64,000 nt of DNA from Phoronis australis (Eukaryota > Animalia > Phoronida), in contig NMRA01000199.1 of NCBI GenBank assembly GCA_002633005.1, forward strand, positions 256,995 to 320,994, given 5' to 3'. Shown here in pieces: positions 50,701 through 63,130 of the stretch; the first letter of the stretch is position 1, and every line of letters begins with the position of its first letter. The position numbers and the translations under genes are program-made. The notes beneath the pieces are model-generated. The model saw nothing but the letters and a program-made list of their open reading frames with translations, did not search any database and was not told the DNA's origin.

Positions 50701-52526
50701 CTGCGGGACTCATAAAGCTGACTGTTACCAACAACTGGCTGGTGATGACTGCATGCGTGAAACTGTGGTGGCAGCTGGGAGAAAAGGTAAAGCGTGGTGA
50801 CGTCATTATATTCTGCCCCAGTGCAACATCCTATCTATAGAAATTCTAAGTTGTCATTTTTTCTTATATCAATAGCCATTTTCGGTAAAATTGCGCTGAG
50901 AAAAAAGATTTGTCTTTAATTCACAAACTCTCATTTACTGCTGGTTGCTTTGAATATTTGTAATCAAAGCATTTCTCTCGTTTGCTTTCATGAAATATTT
51001 CCGAAATTGAGATGTTTTGGCACGAAGTATGATGATACTATTTCTGTGTCACTTATTACCACCCGATTTATCTGGCTTTGCTCTTGGAAAAATCAGCAAC
51101 GCGAGGAGTGCTTCAGAACAAATGTCATACTTCATACAATCAACCGAGTAAGACACACGCACTAATTAAGCTACTCCATCTCTTGGATAGCAAAATTTTC
51201 TAAAGCTATTGAAAAAGTTGCATACATCTAACCATCTTTTACGATGAATCGGCAATTAAAACTCACGTTTTGCACTTACGTGAGATCAGTGGTCTTCGTG
51301 TTGTTTCCGCTCGTGTGACAAAACTGAACGCGAAAATGCCACATTGTGACGTAGTAAGCAAAGAATGTCGACCTCACACATTCGCGTTGCATTTAACATG
51401 TAGCTGAAACTCACGCCAATGTTAGGTGAATTATTGCTGTTCATGGGCTGTGTCCGTCTGCGTGTTGATAGGTCTCGACTGGTTCAGGAGGGAAATAAAG
51501 CAGTAGTGTCCAGGATTCCAGTGTCCGGTTGCATGAAACAGTCCCAAATAGGGACTCAATTAAGGTCTCTAAATCTACTGCGTATTTGCGGGCTTGTGAA
51601 AACACCGATGCTGTTTGTGTATCATTACTATGCAAATGCTTGGCTTTGATACAAATCGAGAGTGAAATTTAGATTGAATTCTTAATATTGTTGAAAATAT
51701 GTAGGGATCTTTTCATGTAATGCTCCCAATTTAAGGACTAAGTCCCTAACTGTTTTGATTGAATTAAAGGCTCACTTTTTAGTTATGTTATTAGAAAATG
51801 TCATTAGTCAAGGAAGAGCTCTCACAATAAAGGTAAAATTATAGAAAAAGTACCACATCTGTGCGTACAGAACGAAACAAATACGAAAAAGATTTAGGGA
51901 ACTTAGTTGAGTCCCTATTTGTGACTTTTTCATGCCACCGGGCACATAGTTCTTTTTGTGTAATTTCCATTTCCATTAAGGATTCACCGTTACACGTTGA
52001 TTGTCAAATGATGGCGTTTCCAGTGGCGGATTTAGAGGGGGAGCCAAGGGGGCCGTGGCCCCCCTAAAATTCTCGCCCCTGCTTTTAAACCTTGCTCACC
52101 CGGCTTGCTACGTGTCCTTGTACGTCTACGAGACACTGGAAATTAACTTATCGCCAGGATTTTGAGTGACAGCTTAACTGACCAATCAGAACGCAGCAGT
52201 CTTGAAGCATCTTAGTTTCCAAGCCGCCATTTTACCCGACAAACAACACGTTGCCGGGTAAATTTTTTTGTTTGTTGTGGACATTACGCAAGGGGGCGCA
52301 TTGATGCATTTCTCAATGAATCTAGTAAGTGTTTTGTACGAAATCAATAGGCCTTTTCTCGAACTGACAGACAAGTTTATTCAAATAATCTGGTAATTAT
52401 TTTATTTTTTTCCAGTTAATACTACGATATATTCTGACATTAACCGACAAAGAGGAAGTGGAAGCAGACATGAAGACAATTCTGGTACCGGAAAGGATCC
52501 CACCAATTGGTTTCAAACGAATTTAG
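41343..52526 (+). CDS. Cytochrome P450, mitochondrial clan (CYP27/24/11/10-like), complete, 9 exons, ~510 aa: join(41343..41776,42552..42742,43502..43711,45973..46121,47074..47228,48263..48341,48887..49046,50249..50292,52416..52526)
   Basis: Basic R/K-rich presequence, KSFSDIPGP, GEEWHRNR, WALE, WDTIF, GAVDTT, KAVIKETLR, FRPQRW, PFGFGPRSCIG. All introns GT-AG and phase-consistent (1533 nt). Start could instead be a downstream ATG (41373 or 41385). Confidence 0.95.
42552..42742 (+). CDS. Mito-clan CYP exon 2
   Basis: NGEEWHRNR...HRWALE; donor T|GTAAGC. Confidence 0.92.
43502..43711 (+). CDS. Mito-clan CYP exon 3
   Basis: IGLVLFGVRLG...WKKHAEAWDTIFDF; donor G|GTGAGA. Confidence 0.92.
44355..44638. 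mobile_element. Harbinger-like MITE with 17-bp TIR
   Basis: GGGATCTGTTTCATGAA / TTCATGAAACAGATCCC perfect inverted repeat. Confidence 0.75.
45973..46121 (+). CDS. Mito-clan CYP exon 4
   Basis: RKHIDRK...IDILLGAVDT; donor |GTAGGT. Confidence 0.92.
47074..47228 (+). CDS. Mito-clan CYP exon 5
   Basis: TSVTISWLLYLLASNPAVQ...KAVIKETLR; donor AG|GTAAAG. Confidence 0.93.
47616..47698. repeat. 14-bp minisatellite (GTTTGTTACGCCAT) x ~6
   Basis: Head-to-tail copies without spacers. Confidence 0.95.
48263..48341 (+). CDS. Mito-clan CYP exon 6 (79 bp)
   Basis: IFPVGPILTRILDNDITIRGFHIPAG; donor |GTGAGT. Confidence 0.92.
48887..49046 (+). CDS. Mito-clan CYP exon 7 (heme cysteine)
   Basis: FPDPLAFRPQRWLR...LPFGFGPRSCI; donor G|GTAAGT. 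Confidence 0.93.
49762..49881 (+). mobile_element. tRNA-derived SINE remnant
   Basis: A-box-like GTGGTCTCAGTAG and B-box GGTTCGAGTCCC, followed by a CCCTTGAGTCAGG SINE-body-like segment. Confidence 0.6.
50249..50292 (+). CDS. Mito-clan CYP exon 8 (44 bp)
   Basis: TTTTGCAG acceptor; KRFAELAICEMMNQ; donor CAG|GTGAGA. Confidence 0.9.
50569..50703. mobile_element. MITE family A copy (opposite orientation)
   Basis: CAGTGGCGGATC...GGGTCCGCCCCTG. Confidence 0.8.
51519..51947. mobile_element. MITE family C copy 2
   Basis: Colinear with 40498-40911. Confidence 0.8.
52021..52081. mobile_element. MITE family A, internally deleted copy
   Basis: CAGTGGCGGATTTAGAGGGGG...CGCCCCTG. Confidence 0.7.
52416..52526 (+). 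CDS. Mito-clan CYP exon 9
   Basis: TTTTTTTCCAG acceptor; LILRY...TILVPERIPPIGFKRI*. Confidence 0.88.
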   Translation, partial: LILRYILTLTDKEEVEADMKTILVPERIPPIGFKRI

Positions 52527-52644
52527 TCCAATTAACTGTAACGTTTAATCACGCCGTGTTGTACTGTGTTAAATTTTTAATCTTCCCAGATATTCCAGAA
52601 AACGATATCTAGGTACAAACTGGTGTGCTTTGTTGTTTGTTGTA

Positions 52645-52650
52645 AATAAA
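52645..52650 (+). terminator. Candidate polyadenylation signal of the mito-clan CYP
   Basis: First AATAAA about 120 nt after the stop codon. Confidence 0.5.
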
Positions 52651-55600
52651 TGTATATTTCTTCAACAATAATAGTGAAATAATTGTAAAAAAAAAACAAC
52701 AGCAACGATAATAAACTTGGTGGTTTCAGTAATTTTACGTTAATCACATAGGGGAATTACGGCATTAAATAACAACGGCACAGGATCATTCTGTGGAAGA
52801 CACGTCTGACCGGCTGCGTGGAACAGTCTCAATAGGAACTTCAGCGCACTCTGTGGACTGTGAACAAACTAAAACTTCGACGATGATTACGACGTTTTTG
52901 AAGTAATTATGGTAAAAACTCATTCTTTAAGAACTCTGCATAAGTATATGGAACACCTTAAATTACCAAAGAGTGATAATTTCATAATTTTCAATTCAGA
53001 GAAGGTAGTGCTACTTTGCGCGTGAAAGCATTTCCCTAATTACATTCACACCAGTAACCTACGTTTACGAATCAATCGGACACGTGGGTGCGGTCACGTG
53101 ATGTGAACAAACGCCTGGCAAAGACTTTATTTGGACATTTTTCAGTATAAGACAAATGCGAGCGTCGGTAGTTTCGAGGCAAAATAGATAAAAAATGTCA
53201 GTGAGCATTGCGTAAGCAAACATCGTGGTCGTTCAATGGGGTAACCGAGTTTGTCCCATTGGCAAAACCGAAGAAATATCAGTCGGGAAAATGCCTCCCG
53301 TGAGGTCGAGCATGCCCTCAACTACATGGCCAGTGTTGAACGTGACCATTACCTATTGAAACTACCAGCTGTACGCTTACATAAAAGTAAGTGGATCTTT
53401 ACCAAATGGGTGATTTGGCTTTGTAAATTTCCATTAATGTGAAGATGTACAGTTTTGAAGAAAACCAATCAGAAAGCTCGAATTTGGACCAATTTCTGAG
53501 AAAATTGAAATATTTATTTATTCATTAAATGTATTAGGTAGCCATTACTTTTGGAATGCCCGATTTCCACCAATCCTTCGCTAATTGGTTCTACACCCCT
53601 TCGTCACGAGCCGTGTGAGTGACAACGTGCATAGACAAATATCAAGGGGTGAATCAACGATTGGTTGGACTTCATAACCACTTTCCGTAACTTCAAATTA
53701 AACCAGTCGGCTGTACTGCAAAACCCAAATAGTCGGTGATCAAACGTGTTGTGCGAACTTCAAAACGCGATGGCCTTACCCAAAAAAACTAGTTGGCTGG
53801 ACTCAAAATACGATGGCCGGTGCTATAACCAGTGCACCCGTGACCAAACACGACTGTGGACTTAGACTGGATCGAATCCAGGTGACATCTAGAGTTTATT
53901 TTTCGTACCCGTTTGTTTTGTTCAAAATTAGCGATTTGTTCGGCCATTGTGTTTCATTGAACACCGGCCAACCCGTTTTTGGTCCGGCCAACCATTTTTG
54001 GGGTGCGGTCATTTGGTTTCAAGGTAACGGGCAACCTGTTTTGAGGTCCGACCACCAAGTTAGAAAACCAGCCAATTTGTTTTTCAGTTCAGCCAGCTGG
54101 TTTTGAAGTCCAGGCAACTGGTTTTGAAGTCCGACCAATTGTTGACCCCCCTGTATATAAACGTTCGTTGTTTAGTTTTATATCCGTATGTCCACGTGTA
54201 CATTGCTGTGTTACTTGCAGTCAATGCTAACATATCGATTGCCGGTATTTCACTTGAGGTAATTTTACACTCCTTCACCTTGCCATCTAAAGTGGTGGCG
54301 CTGTGAAAGAGTGAGGTTATTTCAGCACGACCGTCTCTGTGTTCAGATTGACAAACTTGCTAAATGTCAGCCACGCCGAGAGGCAGCAACAGAGACGAGG
54401 GACCTTTCTGTTTAAATACTTGTGCTGGAGATATAATTTTGACTCTTGCCCAAGGATCTCAGAATGGGAAACCCACAGGTATCGACGAAGTTCGTATCTG
54501 AGTCATATTTGTTAGGAAATTTCAAATTTGAATAAACAAATCAGAACGAATCAGTAATTTGTTCAAATACATTTATATAATAGATCCTTGTTCCCTGAAA
54601 GGAGCAGAAGGCACCATGCAAAAGGCTACAATAATTGATCTTCATCAGAAACTTTTCTAGTAAATTAAGAAATACCTGACATTCTATATCCCACTACCAA
54701 CGTAGTTGAACTGCACTTATTGGGTTTATCCCATTTCGAGACGCAGCATCGTCTCTGACTTGAGAAATGACCGATAGATGTCACTACGTAGGTACTTTTT
54801 CCACAAGGTAGTGATGTAACCCAAATTTACAACGAAACAATTCTCCCAACTAAGTGGTCATAACATCTAAAAGGTGTTTCTGTTTTTTTGTTTTTTTTCA
54901 TATGAAGTACAATTTTATGTGTTTTCTAATGCTCGTGCTCTGTTACGCCCTCTGAAGTTTTAGCTGAACATCTCGTGTGCAGTATAAATAGCTGCTCAGT
55001 TTTGTTACATTCTTTTTAGTTGTAGGGGGAATATACAAAACTTTCGCCGGAGGATCTAGGATAGCGAAGTGGCCAGGCACCGATGATTCTAATGTGCAAA
55101 CAACAGCCTCCCGTGGTAACCCTAAAAAGGGTATGAGCGTAGCCGTATCATTTTCTTCTGGAGCGATTATGACCGTAGACGGGTGCCACCGTACTAAAAT
55201 GCTTGTTTCAGCCCATGAAACCGTGTATTTTAGTAAATCTTGCTGCCCTTATTCACGTGTCCGTTTTTACCAGTGAATCGTGATTTTCAAGAAAATTGTC
55301 GAAACTTGCACAAAACATACTTATTTCCTAAAGAAACTTCCATGTTCTCGCTTTATTCTACAAGCGAAAAGGGGCTGACCATGAAAGTCCTTGACAGAAA
55401 ACCAGACACACGTTTACAGCTCATAAAATACTGAAATCGTTCGCTACTTTTCAAGTTGTGCAATTTTTTCACGTCTGTGGAATTTACGTCGCTTTGCGAT
55501 TCTGATAGAAATTCTCAAGGTTACAAAAGTGCTCGGTCAGTCTACGTATTACGTTACTGTACTCATTAAGCATTTTACATTTTTGTTTCATGGCCGGGTA

Positions 55601-57361
55601 AAAACTAGTATTTAAAAAATTAAAATAAGGACTTCTGTCACTGTCAATTAGTTAAACGTGTCATGAAAACGTGTTTCGCATCCCGACTTTACACGTAACA
55701 GGTCAGTGATCTTGCTCCCCACATCCCCCTCACCCTCTTAACTCAAGTTCGTGAACCTACCCTTAGATAGCTGTTAGTCATACTAAATCCATGATAGTTA
55801 ATTGTCACGTGTTTTTAACTGCTCTTCTGCTGCTGGCGGGGGCTTTGGATTGGACTCTCTAATTTAGATCATACCATTGATTCGTCAGGGTTCTTTTCTT
55901 AAAACAATAATCTTGTGAAACAGTTTTTGATGAGCTCGTCTTTTCGATACAATGTTGCGCCTTTGTATTACAAAAGCTTTTTAAAACAATGTACCAGCGC
56001 TCATTATGGGGAGACACTTGAAAGATGTCCGCCCAAAAACCTTGAGAGTGCAGCTGTTTTATGTAGCGAGAGGTCTGTTTATCAAAACAGTTTAGAATCT
56101 GTCAAGTGAACGAGCACTTGAAATATCTTGTTCTGGTGCGAGGTTCACTGTTTAGATTTGTCTAGATTTTTTGCTCGCGCCTGAGGTTTTAGCCAGAGCG
56201 CCAGGCTAGACTGGGATACGGGACAGTTGGCTGGAAGGTAAGACACAATACAAACATGCCTGGCGTTATCTTAAGTCAACGATAAGAGATTGCTGTTAGT
56301 GTTTTTAAATATAGAAATGTACACTTAGTCATTTCGTGTTTTGCACCTCTGTACGAATTTAGTAAGATAAATGTACCAGTTGTTCGCACACGGTCTTGAA
56401 ACGTAAATCACAGTACTAGACTAGAGTGGTAACAACGAAGAGTCGCGCTTATCGAGGAATAAATCGGTGTTTGATTTTTGAAACACGAAAGATATAAATC
56501 TTTGCTGTAAAACGTGATATGCGGATTCGTGTTCGACTTTCAGACGCGTATTTGTAGCTTTTTTAAGTTCCGTCTATACTTGAGTTCAGAGAAAAGCTTC
56601 TCAAAAATGAACCACTGCGTCCTCTTGCGGTCAACGCCAAAACCGCTAACTCGCGTCAAAAGGACGAAGAGTCCTCCGAATTTGATGTTAGTTTACCAAT
56701 CAGCATCACATCATTAGCCCGAACTTTACCCTAAACGGTATTTAATCCGCACGTTTATCAAACCCAATGATTGGCGCAAATAGACACCCAGATAAACATA
56801 GTGTTACCTATGTAAATATTCCACACAGTAGCTAGTGGTTGAAATCCATCATCGCGATTTTATCACTGAACTCAGTGTGGCTTTCATTTCAACAAGATCG
56901 TAGCTCAGAACGCCAACTAACTTTGGACATACCAAGACCAAAACTTTGAAGATTGGACTTACAGAAACAGGGTGGTAAGTTCTGACTAGAGTGAGACAAT
57001 GGTTAATTGTGTTTTGTTGTGACGGCGCAGCGAGTTGGTCTGAGATCTTGTCTGAGACATGCGGGTTGTGTGACAGGTGAATGGAAATTGTCAAACGCTG
57101 ATGTTCGTTCTGCGCAGAGGATCCACTTGAGTGTCACCGAGTGTTTTTAGCAACGAGACAGGAAAGGAATAGAACTGGGTGTGGTAGTTTTCTGGCTGCA
57201 CCAATACGAGAATGTTTCGCTGAATCAGTTTTTGAGACTGAGAAAAAACGACGTTATGTTCACATTTCGATGCCCAATGCTTAAATGCAGCACACGTGTC
57301 ACGATAGGGTCAAAACTTCAAAGACACTTTGTTAGAGAAAATGAGGAGTTGGGGCTGCAAC

Positions 57362-57521
57362 CAGGAGCGGATCCAGGATTTTGAGTTGAGGGGGCAGGGC
57401 AGAGTATTTGCCAGAATTTTGCCAAAGTCAGACATTTGCACCCCGAACTGCCAAATGGAATCTGGGAGAATTTTGGGGGGCATGGCCCCCTTGGCCCCCC
57501 TCTCCCTTAAATCCGCTTCTG
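57362..57521. mobile_element. MITE family A copy with 5-bp TSD GCAAC
   Basis: CAGGAGCGGATCC...ATCCGCTTCTG; GCAAC on both flanks. Confidence 0.85.
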
Positions 57522-60500
57522 GCAACGCTATTATCATATGGCGGCTATTGCCAGTTACAACCTCGCTGAAAGATAGTTCTCGCATGCGTTGACAGGTCTA
57601 GAGTGTCATTACCCCTCACCCTGTTCATTGCTTCATTGCAAAAAATCCTGCCCCAACCCCGAGGTAGTGGACTCTCTTCTAGGACAGGATCAATTGTGCA
57701 CACAAGGGGTCCGGCCCCCTGCATTAGATTATTATTAAGTGCCCCGAGTTTGCAAGTGTCTGACTCCCTGAGATCCTACATGTATATGTTAATGAGTTTC
57801 AGTAGGACCCGCGGCCTGTCTTTGCCCAGTTGATCCATTCTGTTAACCTCCTTTGTCCTCGCAATGTTGAATGTTTTCACGTTCACAACTTCACACGTGG
57901 ATTTCTGCTGAAATAATTATTTTCATATTATACTTACAGTTGCATTTCGCCCTGCTGAGATGGCTAAAAACGGAAATCGAACTAGGTCATTTACTCTCAT
58001 AGAATCGATCTCGTAATATTCTTTACAGAGATAAGGTTCTACTTGCGTTACCAAGAAGTGCATCGGAACTATCAGCAGCACAAAAAACAGAGTTTTGGAG
58101 GTTGGCCAAACCTAAAATTGCGAGTACGAAAATGGCGCATATACGCATTGCCCGTGAGTTGACTTGGTATCCGAAATGGAATATTATGATACCGAGTGTA
58201 TGAGCGCAAAATGCCTGATTTGGTTTTTGATTTTAACCTACTAAACTGGGCGAAATGCAACATTAAGTCCATCGCCATTTGAGTGGCTAAACCAAGCTCT
58301 GTGGTCTTTTGGAAAAAAAAACATTGTCCCGTGCAACATTTACAAGTATATAACGAAATCATGGCGTTTCAAACCTTCCTTACTCTCGTTTATGTGCCTT
58401 TGTGCAGCTTAAAAAATGAACACGAGCGTTTGGCTGAAATGGATGCGTGCAGGCGCTTCTTTCCTAAAATTTTGAGCGCGGGTGCGTTAGCCGGGGATAG
58501 AACGAGGATTTCTTGAACTCGCCAGTACAGAGTTTAGTATCCTTTTAAAGCAGGATTTTGCCGAAAATGGACAGGTGTCTTTTACTCTCATTAAATCGGT
58601 CTCGCAATATGAGTTAACGTGACAGGACTTTATGTCCGTTACCAACAAGATCAACGAAATTCTCTGGAATTCATGAAAACACTTCAGTCTTTATTGGGGT
58701 TAATGACCACCACGGTGCATGTACACATTGTCTGTGGCTTGAGTTGGTAACGGAAATAAGGTCTTGTTACGATAAAGAATATCATGAGATCGTTTTCATG
58801 AGTGTAAAATGCCAAATTCGATTTTCGCTTTTTAATCAACTTAATTGACCAAAATGCCCCATAAATCAGAAATTGAATTCCACACGTAGGATTGAAGTAG
58901 TGAACACTTTCACTGAACACATCCTCTCAATTGCTGCCTCAGTCTGCAACATCCATTTTGGCTTCTGCTTCAAAATGCATTTTGCAAGCCCTGCTACATC
59001 AATATCACAATATTTTATCCCAGCTACTAAGGGGATTGATGGCAATTGAAAATGCATGTGTGAATTTCTTCTGGCACACACTGCTCACGATTGATGGTTA
59101 GATTTTGTTTTGTCTTGTTTTCCACCAGTTAGCTTTCGCAGTTAAATTTCACCGACTGTGCCAGGTTGAAGTCTGAAGAGTCCAAGGAAATCGTACAGTC
59201 TGCTAAATGATGCTGTTTGTATTAGGGTTAGGCTCATGGCTAGGTTAGAGTTACTAAGCGTTAAAGGGGCATTTCGGAGTTTTGCAGCTGTCAATGTTAA
59301 ATTCTTATACCGGAGCGTTTTGAATTATAAAATCATAACCACCTTTGTTCGATCTTGAACGGGCCGGGAACTCAGGCCACACGCAATGTATACTTGCACC
59401 ACAATTCACAATTCTAGGGTTTTCCAACCCCAATAAACTCTGAAACGGGTTTTTTTTGAGTCGCTAGTGGTTTCGATGTTCTTGTTGGCAACCGAAGTAG
59501 AATCCTATCGCGGTAAGGAATATTAGGAGACTGATTTTATGATTCCATTTCCAGCCAATTAAGCATCTTTTAAGTTATGCCATAATGCCTGTGGTAAACA
59601 GGTATGTCGCGCGCACCAGGTAGAGGTACGTGCAGGACTGAGTTCTAACAACGCAGAGGCGGAAGCTAGGAACGGCAGGAGAGACGAGGTTGGTGAGAAA
59701 AGAACTGCAGTTCCTAAAAAAGTATTTTGTGAATGAGAAAGGACATTGTTATTGAGAACGCTCGTGCGTTCCGTAAAGGAGGAAGACTGGCAGACCCCAG
59801 TTAGTAATGAAAGGAAATAACTTGAAGCAGGCGATTGCGAGTCATGCAAAAAGTCCTCTCTCGGTCGACACTCATTTAGTCATTCCAATCTTGCGCTGTG
59901 CCCAACTATTCATTGAACGAAGGCGTCCGGTCGCCTCTCGTATTTCGCCCCGACGCCAACAGTTTCGCGTATATTCACCGGTGAAAGCTTCCGCTTGCTG
60001 CATAACAACATATGACATCCTCTTTTGAGAGGAATGTTAATGACTGGAGGTAACTTTTAAAATAATTGGTAGATCGCTAAAGTTAAGTATATTACAGATC
60101 TGAAAAACTTATTGCAGGTCTGAAAAACGTGTTAATTCATTTTCCTTCTGCAGAATCTTTGCTCTACAGATGTAGACAGACTGTGTTCACCATTAGATAT
60201 TACCCACGTGTTCATGCTTGACAGTTGATAATGACTTTATCAATGGTAAGACGTGTCAGTTAAATCTGTCAGATTCGTGAAGTATTACTCAGAGTCGGAT
60301 CATGCTCCACTTCAGTCCAAAAAATACTCGAGTCTGCGGAAGAGGCCACTAACTGTACATTGGCGAAACGTTTAAATTACGAAAGCGGCAACACGAAAAT
60401 GACTCAACACTCAAGACAGAAATTTGGCCTTCCTCTCCCACTTCACTGTTCCTGAATAAAGGTTTAACCAAGTAATTGTGGTAATTACGAGCACGTCACT

Positions 60501-61999
60501 GTATACAAATAATTTAGAGAAATATCTTAGTACTGTAACTAGCAGCTGTGTGTATATTCTCAGAGACTACACTTTTGCTCAAGGGAGATTTAATTATTTT
60601 TCACAAATAGTTGTGTGAAGACCAAATTTCTGTCGTAAGTCTTCAGTCACCTTTCACGAAACAGACTCGAGGAGGTCGCGTAAGCTTCAGGCACACTGAC
60701 TACTTTTAAGGGCGAAATCAGCTTGGATTCACTAACAGGCTGCCGTGAGTTCGGTAGACCTAAGCCACTCTCGGCTCTCGAGAAAAGCTAGTGTAGTCAC
60801 GTGCTTCACTAGGAATGCGTGGCTATACTTAACGAATACTTGCGTGATCTTGCGTTTTCTTGAGATTCTTGCGTTTACAAGATATAGCCTCGGTCGTCAC
60901 CTTTCACGAAAATCGTGAGGTTTTCGTAGACTTCCGTAAAAAATCAGGGGTTATGCGATCTCTTTAAAATCAAGAACGCTGGCAACCAGGTCAATTTAAA
61001 ATAAATGAATTTACTAATATTTGTTTACAGCCCGAAGGTTGGGGATTAACGTTTGGATTTCGAAGAAAACCAGGCTATTTGAATATTGTGGACAATTTCT
61101 ATTTATGCTTCCTCGTTATAACTGGGCGCATGTGCAGTCACGAATACTTTGTAAGAAGAAACGATACTGCATTTCTTCAATGTGAAACCTCAACAGAACT
61201 CGCGACCTTGCATACGAGTGCCTAGTCCGTGGCAAGGCCGTTTTGTTTTTTAACCGGTGGTTCAATACAATAATCGTTGAAATTCACATGTACCTACTAG
61301 TAAGTATTTTAAATTCATCCGTTTCCATGCGCGCACCTTGCCTAAATTATAGGGGGGGGCTCCAATTTTCCGTTATGCGGAAAGAAATCAACGCGAGGAC
61401 TTAAAAAAACGAGGCCACTAGGTTCAGACCCACGAATTGTGAATTCGCGCCGACTTTCCCTGGATGTTGTGGACTTTTGTCTTGGTTGCCCAGACTTTTC
61501 GTTTCACTAGGCGGACCTGTTTTTCCAAATTCGGCAAATTGGGGGGCTCGTTCGGCACACTGGCGACTGCTGGATGTATTCCAAACAGCACGTAAACCTG
61601 TCTACAACAAACTAGTTGTGATGCAAACATGACTTTTGTGCTCGATCTTAGAAACTCGAAAAAACCCCATGATAAAACTTTACATAAAAATTCGCTCCAA
61701 GTAGTTAGTGCCATTCTGTACCTGACACCTTGGATCATGAGATGGGCTTTCTGAATGTGAGCCTCTTCATTCAACGTGTGTTCCACTACCTACGTCATCA
61801 ACGACGTCATCAAACTAAGTGTTTTGACGTCACTTTTGTGTACTTTGCAATACATAATACACCAGCCAGCGGCTACGATGCAAGACTGCTTACATTTTAA
61901 AACAATGTTGCAGTTTTAGATTAAAGCGGCAATAAACCCGCGATCCATTCAAGAAGCGACTTTGGTTTGATCATAGACTATAGTACATGGACCGTCAAC

Positions 62000-63130
62000 T
62001 CCGTATACTTTCAATGGACGAAATCAGTGCTCTTACAGTGGCAATGACGTCATTATTCACTGGCGACACCTGGCCAAATTATCTGGTGTTATGTCGTCAC
62101 AATACACTAACCGGAAGCTGCAACAGATAATTTAGGAGAGTGGCGCCTCCTGTAGGATAGTACGCAAGAAAATGTCGGACCTCAGTTTGATCCTTACTCA
62201 GGTGGGAATTGATTTCTGGGTTTGCACAGAGCTGCCAGTCCTTCCGAAATTTTGAAATCATCTCACGTTTCATTAAGGAACAATTTGAGACTGGTATCAT
62301 GCCTTAATTGGCGTAAATCGATTTTTTGTGACGGAAGGCGGGCGTATAGGTTATATTATACCAATTTCCAGCCGATACACTGAAGTCAATAAATACATTT
62401 ATCACAACAGCGTAAGCCAAATGCAATGCAATTGATGACTTTTATTGCAATCGTCCCTGAACATCATCACGGAGTCTGTTATTGTCGACAATAATATGTG
62501 GGATTTAGATATGTGTCATAAATATTTAAGCTGCCTATAGGGGTACACAGTGGAGTTTTTTAAAGGGGATAAGGGTTTTTAAGAAAGAATCGAATTCATC
62601 GCTGTAGAAATGTCATACGAGGCATTCGAAGGTGGGAAATTTTCCATGGAATCTTTTTTTGTATTTTGTATATGATGTTTTGCCAGTCAAACCGCTACTG
62701 CACATAGTCTGTCGGAGAATCCGATAGATGTCTCGCAGCGCCACCTTTGAGATCAGATGCCCTCCCTACTATTTCAACCATTCGATGTTTTATGTAAATG
62801 TCATGCGGCTATCTGAAATGTTATTTATACACAAGACTCTTGTTTTTCTCTGTTGTCAAAATGTAGTCAGTTAACAACTTCTGGCATTCTCGCCTTGCGG
62901 GTTATTCATCCTACTACTTAACCATATTTGTCATAGTCCATAACAGCGATGCCGCATTAAAATAGTAATTTCCTGATGTTAATTGTGTTACTTGATAGAA
63001 TTGGTCGGCTATTCTTAAGGGCGGGATGTACCAGTTTAACTTCCTCAATTGGCTCTTATTCGGAATTTTCTGCGTGAAATGACATGGCTGGTTGACTAGG
63101 ACGTAGCCTCGGCTCGGTGCGTCTTGCAAA
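62000..63130 (-). mobile_element. Ancient Ty3/Gypsy pol (RT) remnant (tentative)
   Basis: Frameshifted motifs in the expected order: PCHFTQKIP..LRKL, CSSG..WQ (cf. LDASSGFWQI), HGKF..LRMP..FLQR, NPE...DQTEVRHFL.YY. Confidence 0.4.

Noticed and set aside
9951-52526. Naming the CYPs as Halloween genes (phantom, shadow) or as CYP2R1/CYP27B1
   Set aside because: Motifs support clan-level assignment only; orthology needs a phylogeny.
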